A DNA stretch of 64,000 nt from Syntrophorhabdaceae bacterium (GTDB taxonomy: Bacteria > Desulfobacterota > Syntrophorhabdia > Syntrophorhabdales > Syntrophorhabdaceae): contig OY762209.1 of NCBI GenBank assembly GCA_963665295.1, forward strand, positions 1,792,001 to 1,856,000. Reading direction: 5' to 3'. Below are positions 50,040-60,659 of the stretch, one piece after another (the first letter of the stretch is position 1; every line of letters starts with the position of its first letter). A program made the translations under genes and the position numbers. The notes beneath the pieces are model-generated. The model was not told where the DNA came from, searched no databases, and worked only from the letters and a program-made list of their open reading frames with translations.

Positions 50040-50810
50040 TTAACTGAAATTGAGTTTCATGCCGTCGTAGGCCGCTACTACCTCGATCCCTGTTCGTTTT
50101 TTCAGTTGTTCCGCAAGGAGGTAGGGCTTTCCTTTTATCATGGTCAGGCCGAAGTGGGTCATGACAGCCACCTTTGGTCTCACTTTCTCGATAATGACGG
50201 CGAAGTCATCGACCGAGAGGTGGTCTATGGGCCGGTCCTTCTCGATGGGCCGGACCCGGAGTACATTCACGATAAGGTAATCCGCGCGATAATGGTCGGG
50301 GAGCGCGTCAAAGAACCTCGTGTCGGAGATGAGGCCGACCGTGGTCCCGTTCAGGTGGAACAGGAGCCCGTATGTCTCCACCCCGTGTAAGTGCCTCACC
50401 GGGGTGGTAAAGGTGACATCCTTGATGGTATAGCTCTTCCCTTCCTTGAGCAACTCGATTCTTTCGAGGAAGGCCCGGGTGTGGCGGAGCACGACAGGAT
50501 CGTCGGTCACCGCGTCTTCAGGGCAAAAAAGGACCCCTCTCTTCTTGAAGCCCCCTTCCGTCATGGCCTCGATCACGATGTTCGTGTCGTTGGAATGGTC
50601 CAGGTGTTTATGGGTAAGGATGATGCCGTCCAGGCGGGCGGGATCGAAATGTTCTTTTGAGCCGTGGATTCTCACGACAGCCCCCGGACCGGGGTCTATG
50701 CAGAGGTTCGTATTCCGGTGCTTGAGCCAGAGTCCCCCTGTTGCCCTTACCTGACTCGCTGCCACGAACCTCGCGCCGCCGCTTCCGAAGAATTTGATAA
50801 AACCTTCCAT
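50040..50810 (-). CDS. MBL-fold metallo-hydrolase
   Basis: IDPGPG, THKHLDHSND, DHLS, THFG. Confidence 0.88.
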   Translation of the reverse strand: MEGFIKFFGSGGARFVAASQVRATGGLWLKHRNTNLCIDPGPGAVVRIHGSKEHFDPARLDGIILTHKHLDHSNDTNIVIEAMTEGGFKKRGVLFCPEDAVTDDPVVLRHTRAFLERIELLKEGKSYTIKDVTFTTPVRHLHGVETYGLLFHLNGTTVGLISDTRFFDALPDHYRADYLIVNVLRVRPIEKDRPIDHLSVDDFAVIIEKVRPKVAVMTHFGLTMIKGKPYLLAEQLKKRTGIEVVAAYDGMKLNFS

Positions 50811-50864
50811 TCATACCCTCCTTATGGTATTCCTATTGTAGGAACAACGGTAAGGAATGTCAAT

Positions 50865-51395
50865 TTGGAAGTGATAGAGTTTTCAATCAGAGAGACGTCC
50901 CTGGGCAATCTGGTGCTCGTGGCGAGAGAGGGCAGGATAATCGAACTCGACATCTCGCGGGAGCCCGGTTACGGGATAAGAAAGGCGATTCTCGCCCGGT
51001 TCGGGGAGGGGATCGAGTCGGATAGATCCTTCAGGATGGCGCACCTCCTTCTCGACAGGTACTTGAGGGGGCAGAAGGTCGATTTTGACATTGCCCTGGA
51101 CATCTCCGGCGAAGGTGAGTTCACGAGAAGGGTGCTTACCGAACTGATGAAGGTCCCTTACGGACAACTCACGAGCTACGGCAGGCTTTCTCAGAAACTG
51201 GGTTACAGGAACGCGGGCCGCGCGGTAGGCCAGGCGGTGGGGAGAAACCCTATTCCCATAATCATACCGTGTCACAGGGTTATCAGGGAGGACGGCACCA
51301 TCGGTGGTTTTTCCATGGGCCTAAGGGTCAAGGAGCGTTTGCTCGCATTGGAGGGTGTCAGGCTTCATTCATGCTACCCGTTCTATAACCTCTGA
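50865..51395 (+). CDS. ogt: Methylated-DNA-protein-cysteine methyltransferase
   Basis: RAVGQA...NPIPIIIPCHRVI; start approximate. Confidence 0.9.
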   Translation: MEVIEFSIRETSLGNLVLVAREGRIIELDISREPGYGIRKAILARFGEGIESDRSFRMAHLLLDRYLRGQKVDFDIALDISGEGEFTRRVLTELMKVPYGQLTSYGRLSQKLGYRNAGRAVGQAVGRNPIPIIIPCHRVIREDGTIGGFSMGLRVKERLLALEGVRLHSCYPFYNL

Positions 51396-52158
51396 GATCG
51401 AGGGCGACGTAGGTGAAGCCGTAATCCTTGAGACGGCCTGTTATGGTTTCCCTGTTTGCAATCACCACATCGAATTCCCGGTCTATTACCTCTATTCTTG
51501 CGAGGTCACCGTGGTACCTTACCCTCACCTGGGTTACGCCAAGCCCTTTCAGGAACTCCTCGGACAGCTCGATCCTTTTCAACAGGCCCGTATCGATCGG
51601 GGTCCCATAGGGTATTCTCGACGCGAGACACGCGAGAGAGGGTTTGTCGTAGGTCGGTAGCCCGAGGTCTCTGGAGAGCTTTCTCACTTCTGCCTTGGTG
51701 AGGCGTGCCATAAGTATGGGACTCAGCACCTTCTTTTCCGCCGTGGCCCTTCTCCCCGGCCTGAAATCATCGAGGTCGTCAAGGTTCGAGCCTTCCACGA
51801 TACAGGTGAGGCCCCTTGCCCGCGCCGTTTCCTCCGCTTTGCCGAAGAGGTTCAGCTTGCAGTAGTAACAACGCTCCCGCGGGTTCCGCAGGAAATCGGC
51901 GTCTTCCATTTCGGTGGTATCCACGGAGACGTATTCTGCGCCCATGAGGTCCGCATATTCCCTGGCCTCCCGGATTTCCCTTTCAGGATATGAGGGGGAC
52001 AAGCCGATAAAGGCAAGCACCTTTTCCCTGCCCAGCACGTCGATACAGCATTTCAGAAGGAATGTGCTGTCGACGCCTCCCGAATATGCGACGAGCACCT
52101 TTTCAAGCCCCTTTATAATCCTTTTCAGGTCTTCGAATTTTGAGGCGGTATCATTCAC
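51358..52158 (-). CDS. larE: ATP-dependent sulfur transferase LarE-like
   Basis: AYSGGVDS, RCYYCK, DFRPG, ACLASRIPYG, GYRTGSMN. Confidence 0.88.
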   Translation of the reverse strand: MNDTASKFEDLKRIIKGLEKVLVAYSGGVDSTFLLKCCIDVLGREKVLAFIGLSPSYPEREIREAREYADLMGAEYVSVDTTEMEDADFLRNPRERCYYCKLNLFGKAEETARARGLTCIVEGSNLDDLDDFRPGRRATAEKKVLSPILMARLTKAEVRKLSRDLGLPTYDKPSLACLASRIPYGTPIDTGLLKRIELSEEFLKGLGVTQVRVRYHGDLARIEVIDREFDVVIANRETITGRLKDYGFTYVALDLRGYRTGSMNEA

Positions 52159-52255
52159 ATCCCTACTATAACAGGATGACGGCTGATATGCAACGGGGCC
52201 ATGTGCCATGATGCGGCGGCCCGGCAATCCCGGCCATAAGGGGCACCCGCTCCCC

Positions 52256-52918
52256 TTATGGCTTGTAAAGGCGGAAGGCCTCGAAAATGCCGCCTATAAT
52301 AAACTGGACCGCGATGGAGAGGAGCATGAGACCCATTATCCTCCTTGCGACCCTGGTGCCCGTCTTCCCGAGATAGGCGAGGATCGGCCTGGCTTTCACG
52401 AGTATCACATAGGAAATGGCGAAAACGAGGGCGATGTTGCCGAGCAGGATGATCCTGTTGAGGAAGTGCCCTGCGGTCTCGAAAAGGACTATGCCCGTAG
52501 TGAACGCGCCGGGACCCGCGAGGAGGGGAATGGCCAGGGGGATAACCGTGATGTCGTCCATGGCCGCGCTGGTTTCTTCCTCTGCCGAGGAGGACTGGGT
52601 CTTCGTGCCCTGCCCCAGAAGCATTTCTATGGAGATGATCATGAGGAGAATGCCGCCCGCAATCCTGAAGGCGAATATCTCCACGCCCAGAAGCCGGAAG
52701 AACAGATTGCCGCCCACGGTCACCACCATCACGGTCAGGGCGGCGATGAAGGTCGCCTTCTTCACCATGGATGTCTTCTGGACCTCTCCGAAGCGGTCAA
52801 GGAGGGCGACGAAGAGAGGGACGTTCCCTATGGCATTCACTATGACGAACAATGATATGAAGGAGTGGAGAAAAAAGGTGCCGCTGTGGGAGCGGATCAG
52901 GTTGTGCAGGATATCCAT
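52256..52918 (-). CDS. MarC family membrane protein
   Basis: AFRIAGGILL, PLAIPLLAGPG, RIMGL. Confidence 0.92.
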   Translation of the reverse strand: MDILHNLIRSHSGTFFLHSFISLFVIVNAIGNVPLFVALLDRFGEVQKTSMVKKATFIAALTVMVVTVGGNLFFRLLGVEIFAFRIAGGILLMIISIEMLLGQGTKTQSSSAEEETSAAMDDITVIPLAIPLLAGPGAFTTGIVLFETAGHFLNRIILLGNIALVFAISYVILVKARPILAYLGKTGTRVARRIMGLMLLSIAVQFIIGGIFEAFRLYKP

Positions 52919-53020
52919 TGAGAGAATATAGGCAGTCTGTGCCGATATTTAAATGCCCGGGCCGGAAACAGTATGTCCCGGAGGCGTTGGGCGTGCGCCC
53001 CTAACGCGGGTGGAGAAGGG

Positions 53021-53224
53021 TCATCGGGCAAGCTGAGCCCGTTCCGGCACACCGTTCCTCGCCCGTGAAGAGAAGTTCTTGCAGGACGCGCAGATGGTCT
53101 CTATCCTGGTGCGGGCTTTTTCGGTAAGGAATCCGCCGTACCTATCCGCCGCACGGATCAGGACCTGCACCTCGCCGCTGCATTTGTATGTACGGGCGTT
53201 GTCGCATAAGGTGAAGACGTTCAT
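53021..53224 (-). CDS. Small Cys-containing hypothetical protein
   Basis: RBS GGAGGG, C...C...CASC pattern. Confidence 0.5.
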   Translation of the reverse strand: MNVFTLCDNARTYKCSGEVQVLIRAADRYGGFLTEKARTRIETICASCKNFSSRARNGVPERAQLAR

Positions 53225-53442
53225 GGTGAAAAAATTCCCTCCCTGATCCGAGACTGAGACCTTACCGGTCCGAGACAATTGAGCGCCGGTCGCTGCGGGG
53301 ATTTGTACATCAAACCAAGGACATGGGCCGTCGGGCCGAATCGTGCCGGCGGCGCGTCAATCTCTTAGAAATATAAGCTCTCCCACGGAAAAGTCAATGG
53401 GACAGGCCAGGGAATTTCGACTCCGGAAGGAGTCAATTCCTT

Positions 53443-55890
53443 TCAGGGAGATGCGCTCCGGACCATTTCCATAAGGAGCCGTTCAAGCTCCCTGACCGTG
53501 TCTACATCCTCGAATATCCGGTGGTTGGTGGAGAGTATCTTCTCTTTTATCTCCCTTCGATACGACGGATCAGAGGCCAGGCGCACCGCCATCGTCACAT
53601 ACTCGTCCGGCGTGGAAACCACGCAGTCCATAACACCCATCCGTTGATAGAGGGAGATGGTCTGGCGGCCCCGCATGAAGGCTCCGGGCATTGTCACCAC
53701 CGGCGTCCCCACTGTGAGAGCGTCGAAGGTCGTAGCCCCTCCGTTGAAATGCACCGTGTCCAGAACCACGCCGGAAAGGGCGACGAGGTTCATGTAGTCG
53801 TCGTAGTCGTACCTTGGAATTATATGGACGCGGTCCGTCATGTCGCCCAGCCTTCGACGAAGCCGCCCTGTGAGGAGGTCCGCCCAGCTTCCATGTTTCC
53901 CGTGGAAGAAGACGATGATACCCTCCCTGTCGCGATTCAGTATCCCTTCGATGATTTCGTCGAAATCAGGATGGACCTTGAATAGGGACTGGCAGCAAAG
54001 ATAGAGGTGGCCTTTGTCCGGGAGGCCGAAATACCCTCTCGTTCCGGTGAGTTCCTTTATGTCTGGTTTCAAATAGCATGCGTAGGTTACCCTTCCCGGG
54101 AGCTTGACGAGTTTTTCGCGGTAATGGGCGTCACTCCCCTCGATCTCGCAAAGCTCGTGGGAGATGAAGTAGTCCACCGTCTCGATCCCCGTGGTGATGG
54201 GGTGTCCGTAAAAGGCGCACTGGACGGGGGCCAGCCGGTTGAAGGCGAGAAAATAGGTGTAGGGCTCCATACCTATGTCGGGATAGAAGAGAATGTCCAG
54301 TTCCGCCTCCGAGACAACCCGGCATATGGCTGCCATCGATTCGGGAACGGGAGTAGCCGAATCCGAATGTCTCTCCACGAAATCCACCACTTCATCCTTC
54401 CTGTTAGGGAAGAGAAAGGTGTGCACTTCAAAGATGTCACGGTTGAGATGGGCTATGATGCCCGACATGTATTTACCTATGGTGTGATTTTTCAAATGCC
54501 TCGACAGGAAGCCTATCCTTATCCTTCCGTGTCTTCCCTGCTGCCCGGACGTGCGGCAGTGAGGGGCCGTAAAACCGAGACCCGGGCATATCCGCTTGTA
54601 GAACCCGGCGAGTTTTGTCTGAAGGGCCTTCCCATCAGTGCCGTGATAGGCGAGGTAGAAGTTGGCCCTCCCTATCTGCTTTATGGGGTCGTCGATGGTG
54701 AGTCCTTCCCGGAGCAGGGCGTCAATGCCTTCTTCAAGGTCCTGTCGCGTCCATTCCATCTCCTCCGTGGACCGATAGATCACGGGGACGAGGGTTGCCA
54801 GGGCGACCTTGAGGCCGGGGTGCGGCTCCAGGGCATATGCCCTTCGGTAACACGCGCGGGCAGCCTCGGTGAACCCTTCTTCGGCCAGTATCATTCCGAG
54901 GTTGGTATGACCTGTTGCGTAGCTGTCCCTGATTCTTACCGTCTTTTCAAAATGTTTTTTCGCCTCCTCAAACAGGCCGAGACCGTAACAGGCGACTCCA
55001 AGGTTGTTGTGGGCCTCCGCGAAACCGGGTTTCAGCCTGACCGCTTCCATGAAACAGCCGGACGCTTCTTCGTAGCGCCCGAGCTTCTGGTAGGCAAGGC
55101 CGAGGTTGTTAAGGCCGTCGATAAAGGAGGGGTCAAGGCCGACCGCGTCGCGAAAGCAGGCCAGGGCCTCTTCGACGGCGCCCTGTCCCACGAGCACGGT
55201 CCCCAGGCAGTTAAAAATCTCTACGGAATGGGGGTCCGCCTTCACATCCTCCCTGTACTGCCTCAATTCGCCGGAAATGCCGCCCGATTCACGGAACGCA
55301 ACGAGGAGCCCCGCATATGCGTCCATAAGTCCCGGTTGGTGACCGTTAACCCTTTTGAAACACCGGGCCGCGTCCCGAGGACGGTCCGTCTGGAGGAAGG
55401 TGCTTCCCAGGTTCATGAGGACCGTAGTGGATGCCGGGTTTATGAGAAGGGCGCGCTCGTAGGCCCCGATGGCCCGGCCATAAAGTCCCAACTCGTGAAA
55501 GAGTATGCCGAGGTTGTTCAGGGCCTCCACGAAGTCCGGCCGGAGGACGATCGCCCTTTCGTAGCATTCCACCGCGTCCGGCGCAAGATAAAGCGCCCGG
55601 TACACGTCCCCAAGGGTATAATGGTAAAAGGGGTTCTCCGGCTCGGCCCTTATGGCCCGGTCCACATATTCCTTCGCCGATTCATATTCGGCCTTGTTGC
55701 AGTGGACGAGGCCGAGGAGCCACGACGCGCGGCCATGTGAGGGCTCCCGGGCGAGGACGTCCCGGCACAGGCGCTCCGTCTCTCCGGGGTTCCCGGATCG
55801 TAACTGCTCGAGGGCAGTCTCCAGAATTTCGTTCATGCCGACAGTGTCCTGTTCAGAAGATATACCGGCGCCTTCGCTCAAATCCGTCAA
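53443..55890 (-). CDS. TPR-repeat O-GlcNAc transferase-like protein (GT41)
   Basis: Multiple TPRs (EALNNLG), RIGFLS...HTIG, RLAPVQC...GHPITTG, FKVHP, LDT...GGATT; alternative start 55836. Confidence 0.9.
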   Translation of the reverse strand: MTDLSEGAGISSEQDTVGMNEILETALEQLRSGNPGETERLCRDVLAREPSHGRASWLLGLVHCNKAEYESAKEYVDRAIRAEPENPFYHYTLGDVYRALYLAPDAVECYERAIVLRPDFVEALNNLGILFHELGLYGRAIGAYERALLINPASTTVLMNLGSTFLQTDRPRDAARCFKRVNGHQPGLMDAYAGLLVAFRESGGISGELRQYREDVKADPHSVEIFNCLGTVLVGQGAVEEALACFRDAVGLDPSFIDGLNNLGLAYQKLGRYEEASGCFMEAVRLKPGFAEAHNNLGVACYGLGLFEEAKKHFEKTVRIRDSYATGHTNLGMILAEEGFTEAARACYRRAYALEPHPGLKVALATLVPVIYRSTEEMEWTRQDLEEGIDALLREGLTIDDPIKQIGRANFYLAYHGTDGKALQTKLAGFYKRICPGLGFTAPHCRTSGQQGRHGRIRIGFLSRHLKNHTIGKYMSGIIAHLNRDIFEVHTFLFPNRKDEVVDFVERHSDSATPVPESMAAICRVVSEAELDILFYPDIGMEPYTYFLAFNRLAPVQCAFYGHPITTGIETVDYFISHELCEIEGSDAHYREKLVKLPGRVTYACYLKPDIKELTGTRGYFGLPDKGHLYLCCQSLFKVHPDFDEIIEGILNRDREGIIVFFHGKHGSWADLLTGRLRRRLGDMTDRVHIIPRYDYDDYMNLVALSGVVLDTVHFNGGATTFDALTVGTPVVTMPGAFMRGRQTISLYQRMGVMDCVVSTPDEYVTMAVRLASDPSYRREIKEKILSTNHRIFEDVDTVRELERLLMEMVRSASP

Positions 55891-55969
55891 TAGTCTGACG
55901 CCCTTTCAGGGTCCGGGCCGCTTATGGGCCTCGATTCCCTACGGTTTCCCAGTTTCACACTGATTAACA

Positions 55970-55985
55970 AGCAAACCCCGTGCCA
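55970..55985 (-). promoter_or_regulatory. sigma54 promoter
   Basis: TGGCAC-N5-TTGCT consensus upstream of the GT41 gene. Confidence 0.75.
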
Positions 55986-56092
55986 TTCAGCCTGATAGGG
56001 GGTTACGAAAATCAATCCGCACCGCGGGCAAATTCGGGGAGAGGGCATTATATTACGGATAGCGGTAAAAAACGAAATAACCAGGGAGGATT

Positions 56093-56992
56093 CTATGGAT
56101 AGAAGAAGTTTTCTGAAGGGAGCGCCGACATAACGGTAGCCTCATAGTGTCGCGGAGGTGAGAGGAATCGGGCTTTCTGTTCCTTTTTCGGCGGGGTCCG
56201 GGAGCCGAACATCCTGAAAGGATAGGTGATAGTATCCCACAGAAGGCCCAACCATGTCCTGCTGTACGCATACCCGTGGATAAGGTCCTGCCTTTCCGAT
56301 ATGTCCGGCGCTACGGAAAAGTCCCTCCACTTGTTCCGGGCGATCTCTTTCCTGTCTTCTTCGCTGAAGCAGACCGTCTTGTTGGCGCACAGGTGGTCGC
56401 CGACCACACAGATGGTATAGGCGCTCATGGCCTCACCCGTGTGGACGTGTCTGAACAGGAATGCGTGTCCCAACTCGTGGACCAGGACCTGGGGGTTGTC
56501 CCGCCGGAGCACCACGTATCTCCGGTACTCGTCGTCGATGGCCCCTGTCCAGCCGCCGAACATATTGAAAACGAGGGCTTCGGCGGGGTCCATGTCGTAA
56601 AAGGCTATTGCCATATCAAAGGGCTTCGGGTATGTCTTCATGGCGTCTATGAGCTGCCCAAGCATCTCGTCCCGGGTCCCGGGCGCCCACTCGATCGTGA
56701 GGGTGTCCTTCACGGTGAGTTCGATGCCCGTCTGCTCATAGAATATTCCGCAGGCCTTTTCCAGAATGTCCCTGACCTCTTCCCCGTCGGCGGCATCATC
56801 CACGACCAACACGGCGGCGATCTCCCGCGTCGGCCGGACTTCGGCGGGTGTCTCGCCGTTCAGGCAATGGGTCGTAAAGCTGCACGCGGAGGCGGTAAGC
56901 CAGATTGCCAAGGAGAGCATCAAGGGAAGCACGGGGAATACCCTGCTTCGCCGGCCCGGCCCCCCGGACCTGTCGTTTCCGGTTTGCTCCAT
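56093..56992 (-). CDS. Lipoprotein zinc metallopeptidase-like protein
   Basis: ASAC lipobox-like, HELGHAFLFRH followed by Met. Confidence 0.65.
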   Translation of the reverse strand: MEQTGNDRSGGPGRRSRVFPVLPLMLSLAIWLTASACSFTTHCLNGETPAEVRPTREIAAVLVVDDAADGEEVRDILEKACGIFYEQTGIELTVKDTLTIEWAPGTRDEMLGQLIDAMKTYPKPFDMAIAFYDMDPAEALVFNMFGGWTGAIDDEYRRYVVLRRDNPQVLVHELGHAFLFRHVHTGEAMSAYTICVVGDHLCANKTVCFSEEDRKEIARNKWRDFSVAPDISERQDLIHGYAYSRTWLGLLWDTITYPFRMFGSRTPPKKEQKARFLSPPRHYEATVMSALPSENFFYP

Positions 56993-57076
56993 GATTTTGA
57001 CTCCTGACTGAAAGCTAATGACTTGGATATGACCTGTCAACGAGCCGACTTTGCCGGAACAACAGCCGCCTGTTTT

Positions 57077-58192
57077 CTATCGCGGAAGGGTAATCACGAA
57101 CCGGGTGTCCTGACCGGGGGTGCTCTCAGCCCTGATCGTCCCTCCATGGACGAGGACAAAAGCGCGCGCGAGGCTGAGGCCAAGACCGTTTCCCGGTGTG
57201 GACCTGTTCTTCTCTCCTCTGAAGAACCGGTCGAAAATATGCGGGAGGTCTTCTTCGGATATGCCGTCGCCCGGGTTCTCCACACGTATGAGGGCGGCCG
57301 ACGGAATCTCTTCCACCGAGATGCCGACCGATCCCCCATGATGAGTGTACTTTATTGCATTGTCGACAAGGTTCGAGAAGACCCGTTGCAGCTTCTTGAG
57401 ATCGCCCCGCATCGACAGGGTTTCCGGGGCCCGGATGACCATGGTTATGTTCCGGTCTTCGGCCAAAGGTTGAAAAAGATCGCACACGTCGCGAAGCAAC
57501 GCGACAAGATCGACATCCTGCGGAACAAGTTTCATGAGTCCCGACTCCGCCTCGGAGATGTCGAGCATGGCGTTGATCATCCCCAGAAGCCGGTCGCATT
57601 CTTCAATGATGGTTCCCGCCATGGCCGCATGGTCCTCATCGATGTTCTTGCCCACGCCTGTAATATCCATCTCGGCCACGCCCCTCATACGCGTTATGGG
57701 GCTCCTGAGGTCGTGGGCTATATTTTCCGTAATCTCCCTCATCTGGCCGATGAGGTCCCGGACCCGGTTCACCATTGCATTAAACGCCTGGGCCAGGCGG
57801 TCTATCTCGTCCCCGCGCCCTGTGATGGGCACCCGCCTGTCGAGGGCTCCGTTCGTGATATCGACTGCGGCCCGTGTCACCTCTTCGACCCCGGAAAGCG
57901 CCCTTTTCGCCATGAGCCAACCGCCCCCGGCAGACAACAGTATGATGATCGCCAAAGGCATGCCGAAGTAATGGCGGAACGCTTCCCGAAGCTCCGACAG
58001 CGCATGACGGCCGACGCCGTGGCTCCCATGAAGCTGTAGTATATAGAAGGCGAGCAAGGTCGCAAGAAGCGACACGGCAAAGAACCCCGCATACCAGATG
58101 GTGAGGCGGAATGCGACCGAACGGCTGAGGTTACCGAGACGCTTTAAGAACGTATCCCGCTCCCCGGACCGTGTGGATAAGCTTGTTTTCAT
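57077..58192 (-). CDS. HAMP histidine kinase with a very short extracytoplasmic loop
   Basis: 2 TM, GDEIDRLAQAFN, AHDLRSP, NAIKY, GLGL. Confidence 0.92.
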   Translation of the reverse strand: MKTSLSTRSGERDTFLKRLGNLSRSVAFRLTIWYAGFFAVSLLATLLAFYILQLHGSHGVGRHALSELREAFRHYFGMPLAIIILLSAGGGWLMAKRALSGVEEVTRAAVDITNGALDRRVPITGRGDEIDRLAQAFNAMVNRVRDLIGQMREITENIAHDLRSPITRMRGVAEMDITGVGKNIDEDHAAMAGTIIEECDRLLGMINAMLDISEAESGLMKLVPQDVDLVALLRDVCDLFQPLAEDRNITMVIRAPETLSMRGDLKKLQRVFSNLVDNAIKYTHHGGSVGISVEEIPSAALIRVENPGDGISEEDLPHIFDRFFRGEKNRSTPGNGLGLSLARAFVLVHGGTIRAESTPGQDTRFVITLPR

Positions 58193-58823
58193 AATCCCCG
58201 TCCACCTTGTCCCGGAGTTTGCTGATCCGGGCCTCGACGATATTGGTTTGCGGATCGAAGTTCAGGTCCCACACGTGTTCCATGATCATGGTTTTGGAGA
58301 CGACCCTGCCCGTGTTCCGCACGAGGTATTCGAGAAGGCCGAATTCCTTGGGCTGAAGGTCGATCCTGCGGCCCGAGCGGAAGACCTCTCTCGAAAGAAG
58401 GTCGATCGTGAGGTCCGCTACCTCCAGCACGGTGGGACTGGGCGCGCCCGTCGCCCGGCGGATCAGGGCATTGACGCGGGCGAGAAGCTCGGAAAAGGCA
58501 AAAGGCTTTGTAAGGTAATCGTCGCTCCCCGTTTGCAGGCCCTTCACCCGGTCTTCCACTGAACGCTTTGCGCTCAGCACTATTATGGGGACATTCGGTT
58601 TCGGCCCCCTCAGTTCTGCGATGAGCGTGAGACCGTCCTTCTTCGGCAGCATGATATCCACGACAATCACGTCATAGGGCTCGGTAAGGGCGAGATGGAG
58701 ACCATCCTCCCCGTTGTCCGCGTGGTCCGCCGCAAAACCCGCCTGCCTCAATCCCTTTATCACAAAAGAAGATATGCCCTGATCATCTTCCACGAACAAA
58801 ACCCGCATCGCCGTTTCCTCCAT
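58131..58823 (-). CDS. OmpR-family response regulator (CusR/CzcR-like)
   Basis: VEDD, DIMLP, DYLTKPF, IHTVRGAGY. Confidence 0.95.
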   Translation of the reverse strand: MEETAMRVLFVEDDQGISSFVIKGLRQAGFAADHADNGEDGLHLALTEPYDVIVVDIMLPKKDGLTLIAELRGPKPNVPIIVLSAKRSVEDRVKGLQTGSDDYLTKPFAFSELLARVNALIRRATGAPSPTVLEVADLTIDLLSREVFRSGRRIDLQPKEFGLLEYLVRNTGRVVSKTMIMEHVWDLNFDPQTNIVEARISKLRDKVDGDYENKLIHTVRGAGYVLKASR

Positions 58824-58952
58824 GCGCCATTGGTCCCATGTACTCTACCATGAATCGGTCAACCCCGCCAGATGCGGCCTGCCCCGGCGGACCTTCCTTC
58901 ACGCCACGCGCTCCCCACGGCTACCCCGCCGTTGAAGCGCCGGATCAGGAAT

Positions 58953-60659
58953 TCATCGCCCCGGGCCGGCGTTGACGGCAAGGCACCGGTTGTCCCGACA
59001 GACAGGGGCTACCTCTTTTCCGATCCCCAGCCCACGAAGGCGCTCAAGCCTTTTTTCCCTGAATAACACCCACACTTCCCTGTCCGACCGGAAGAGACGC
59101 GCCAGTTCGTCCTCGCTGATGAAGTACTGCTTTGCATCTTCGTACCCGGCGCCCATCGCGAGTTCCCCGGTGTACGCGGCAATATGGGTTCTCTTCTTGA
59201 GGTAGAAGGGAAGGGTCTCGTCAAAAGTGCCGTAGCTCACCACAAGGGCATCGGCTCTGGCCTCCCTGCTCACGGTCCCGGCCTGCCCTTTCGTGGTATT
59301 GAGTTCGTCTGCCACGTGGGCATGAAGCATAAGGGCAATGGTCACAAAGAGGGAAAAGCCGACCAGCAGGGAGAATAAGGAACTTACGGTGCGCATCCTT
59401 TTCACCACAAGGGAAAGGGCGGCAATAAAAGAAATACCCGCCAGGGCCCATGAAAAGCCCCGGACGCCATGGAGCACTGAGGCGATGTCCGGCTTCGCGG
59501 CGAGATACGGGTAAATGAGGCCTGAACCGCAGGCAAGGCCCGCGCACATAATCAAAAAGAAGAAGACTCCGTAGACGATCGTTTCCCAGCCTTGCGCCAC
59601 ATGATGCCAATTCTCCTCGAAGAATGCCGCCAGCACGACGCAAAGGGCGGGGAAGACGGGAAGGATATAGGGCGGCAGCTTCGACCCCGACACGCTGAAA
59701 AAAGCAAACACAACAGCGGACCATATGAGGAGCAGCCTGAGATCCCTCCTGCGCCACAGGCTGTCGAGTGCCCTGGGGAGAAAGACGGACCACGGGAAGA
59801 GGCCTCCCAGCAAAACGGGGACGAAATAATAGATGGGTCTGGACCTTTTGTGCTTCTTTGTGAGAAACCTTAATATGTGCTGGTCTATAAAGAAGAAGTG
59901 AAAGAACTCCTTTTCCATTATCGATACTGCCACAAACCAGGGAGCCGCGATGAGAACAAAGAGAAGGATGCCCTTTATGGAGGCCATTTCTTTGAGGAAG
60001 GATATCCTCTTCTCGGTTATGAGAAAGAGGACGATCGTGACACCCATGAGGATTATGGCGACCGGTCCCTTGGCCAAAACGGCAAGAGCCCACGTGATAG
60101 AGAAAAGGTAGAGAAACAGGGCCCTCTTTTCCCGATAGAACCCAAGAAAGGAAAGGAGTGAAATGAAAAGAAGGGACGAAAAGAGCATGTCTATGGTCAC
60201 GATATGGGCAAGGGCGATGAAACTGAAGCACGACATGAGGATAAGGGCGGCGAGAAGACCGGTCTTAACGGAAAACCACCTGGCTGTGAAGAGATAGGTA
60301 ACCACCACGCAGAGCAGGGCGACGAGGGCGTTGGGCGGCCTGAATGACCACTCGTTCGCGCCCGATATCCTGAAGGAGAGAGCGGTCATCCAGTAGTGCA
60401 AGGGAGGTTTCTCAAAGTACCGCACATAGTCGAGGCGGGGCACCATGTAGTCCCCCTGTTCTACCATTTCACGGGGGATCTCCGCATACCTGCCCTCATC
60501 GGGTTCCTTGAGCGAATAGCTGCCGAGGTTGAAAAAGAAGAAGAACAAGGACAAAAGGAAGATGGCGAGCAGGCCGAGGGCTTTCTTGTTTTTGACGAGA
60601 TGTGCCTTCGTATCCTCTATGAGCCCCTGTTTCATGGTTCCTTCGTCAGGGACTTTCAC
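58953..60659 (-). CDS. ArnT/GT39-like membrane glycosyltransferase
   Basis: DEGRYAEIPREM, FEKPPL, LAKGP, KLPPYILP. Confidence 0.9.
   Translation of the reverse strand: MKVPDEGTMKQGLIEDTKAHLVKNKKALGLLAIFLLSLFFFFFNLGSYSLKEPDEGRYAEIPREMVEQGDYMVPRLDYVRYFEKPPLHYWMTALSFRISGANEWSFRPPNALVALLCVVVTYLFTARWFSVKTGLLAALILMSCFSFIALAHIVTIDMLFSSLLFISLLSFLGFYREKRALFLYLFSITWALAVLAKGPVAIILMGVTIVLFLITEKRISFLKEMASIKGILLFVLIAAPWFVAVSIMEKEFFHFFFIDQHILRFLTKKHKRSRPIYYFVPVLLGGLFPWSVFLPRALDSLWRRRDLRLLLIWSAVVFAFFSVSGSKLPPYILPVFPALCVVLAAFFEENWHHVAQGWETIVYGVFFFLIMCAGLACGSGLIYPYLAAKPDIASVLHGVRGFSWALAGISFIAALSLVVKRMRTVSSLFSLLVGFSLFVTIALMLHAHVADELNTTKGQAGTVSREARADALVVSYGTFDETLPFYLKKRTHIAAYTGELAMGAGYEDAKQYFISEDELARLFRSDREVWVLFREKRLERLRGLGIGKEVAPVCRDNRCLAVNAGPGR

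Noticed and set aside
51358..52158. Functional link between larE and the TIGR00300-like gene (nickel-pincer cofactor)
   Set aside because: About 49 kb apart with no larB/larC in the window; not supportable from this sequence
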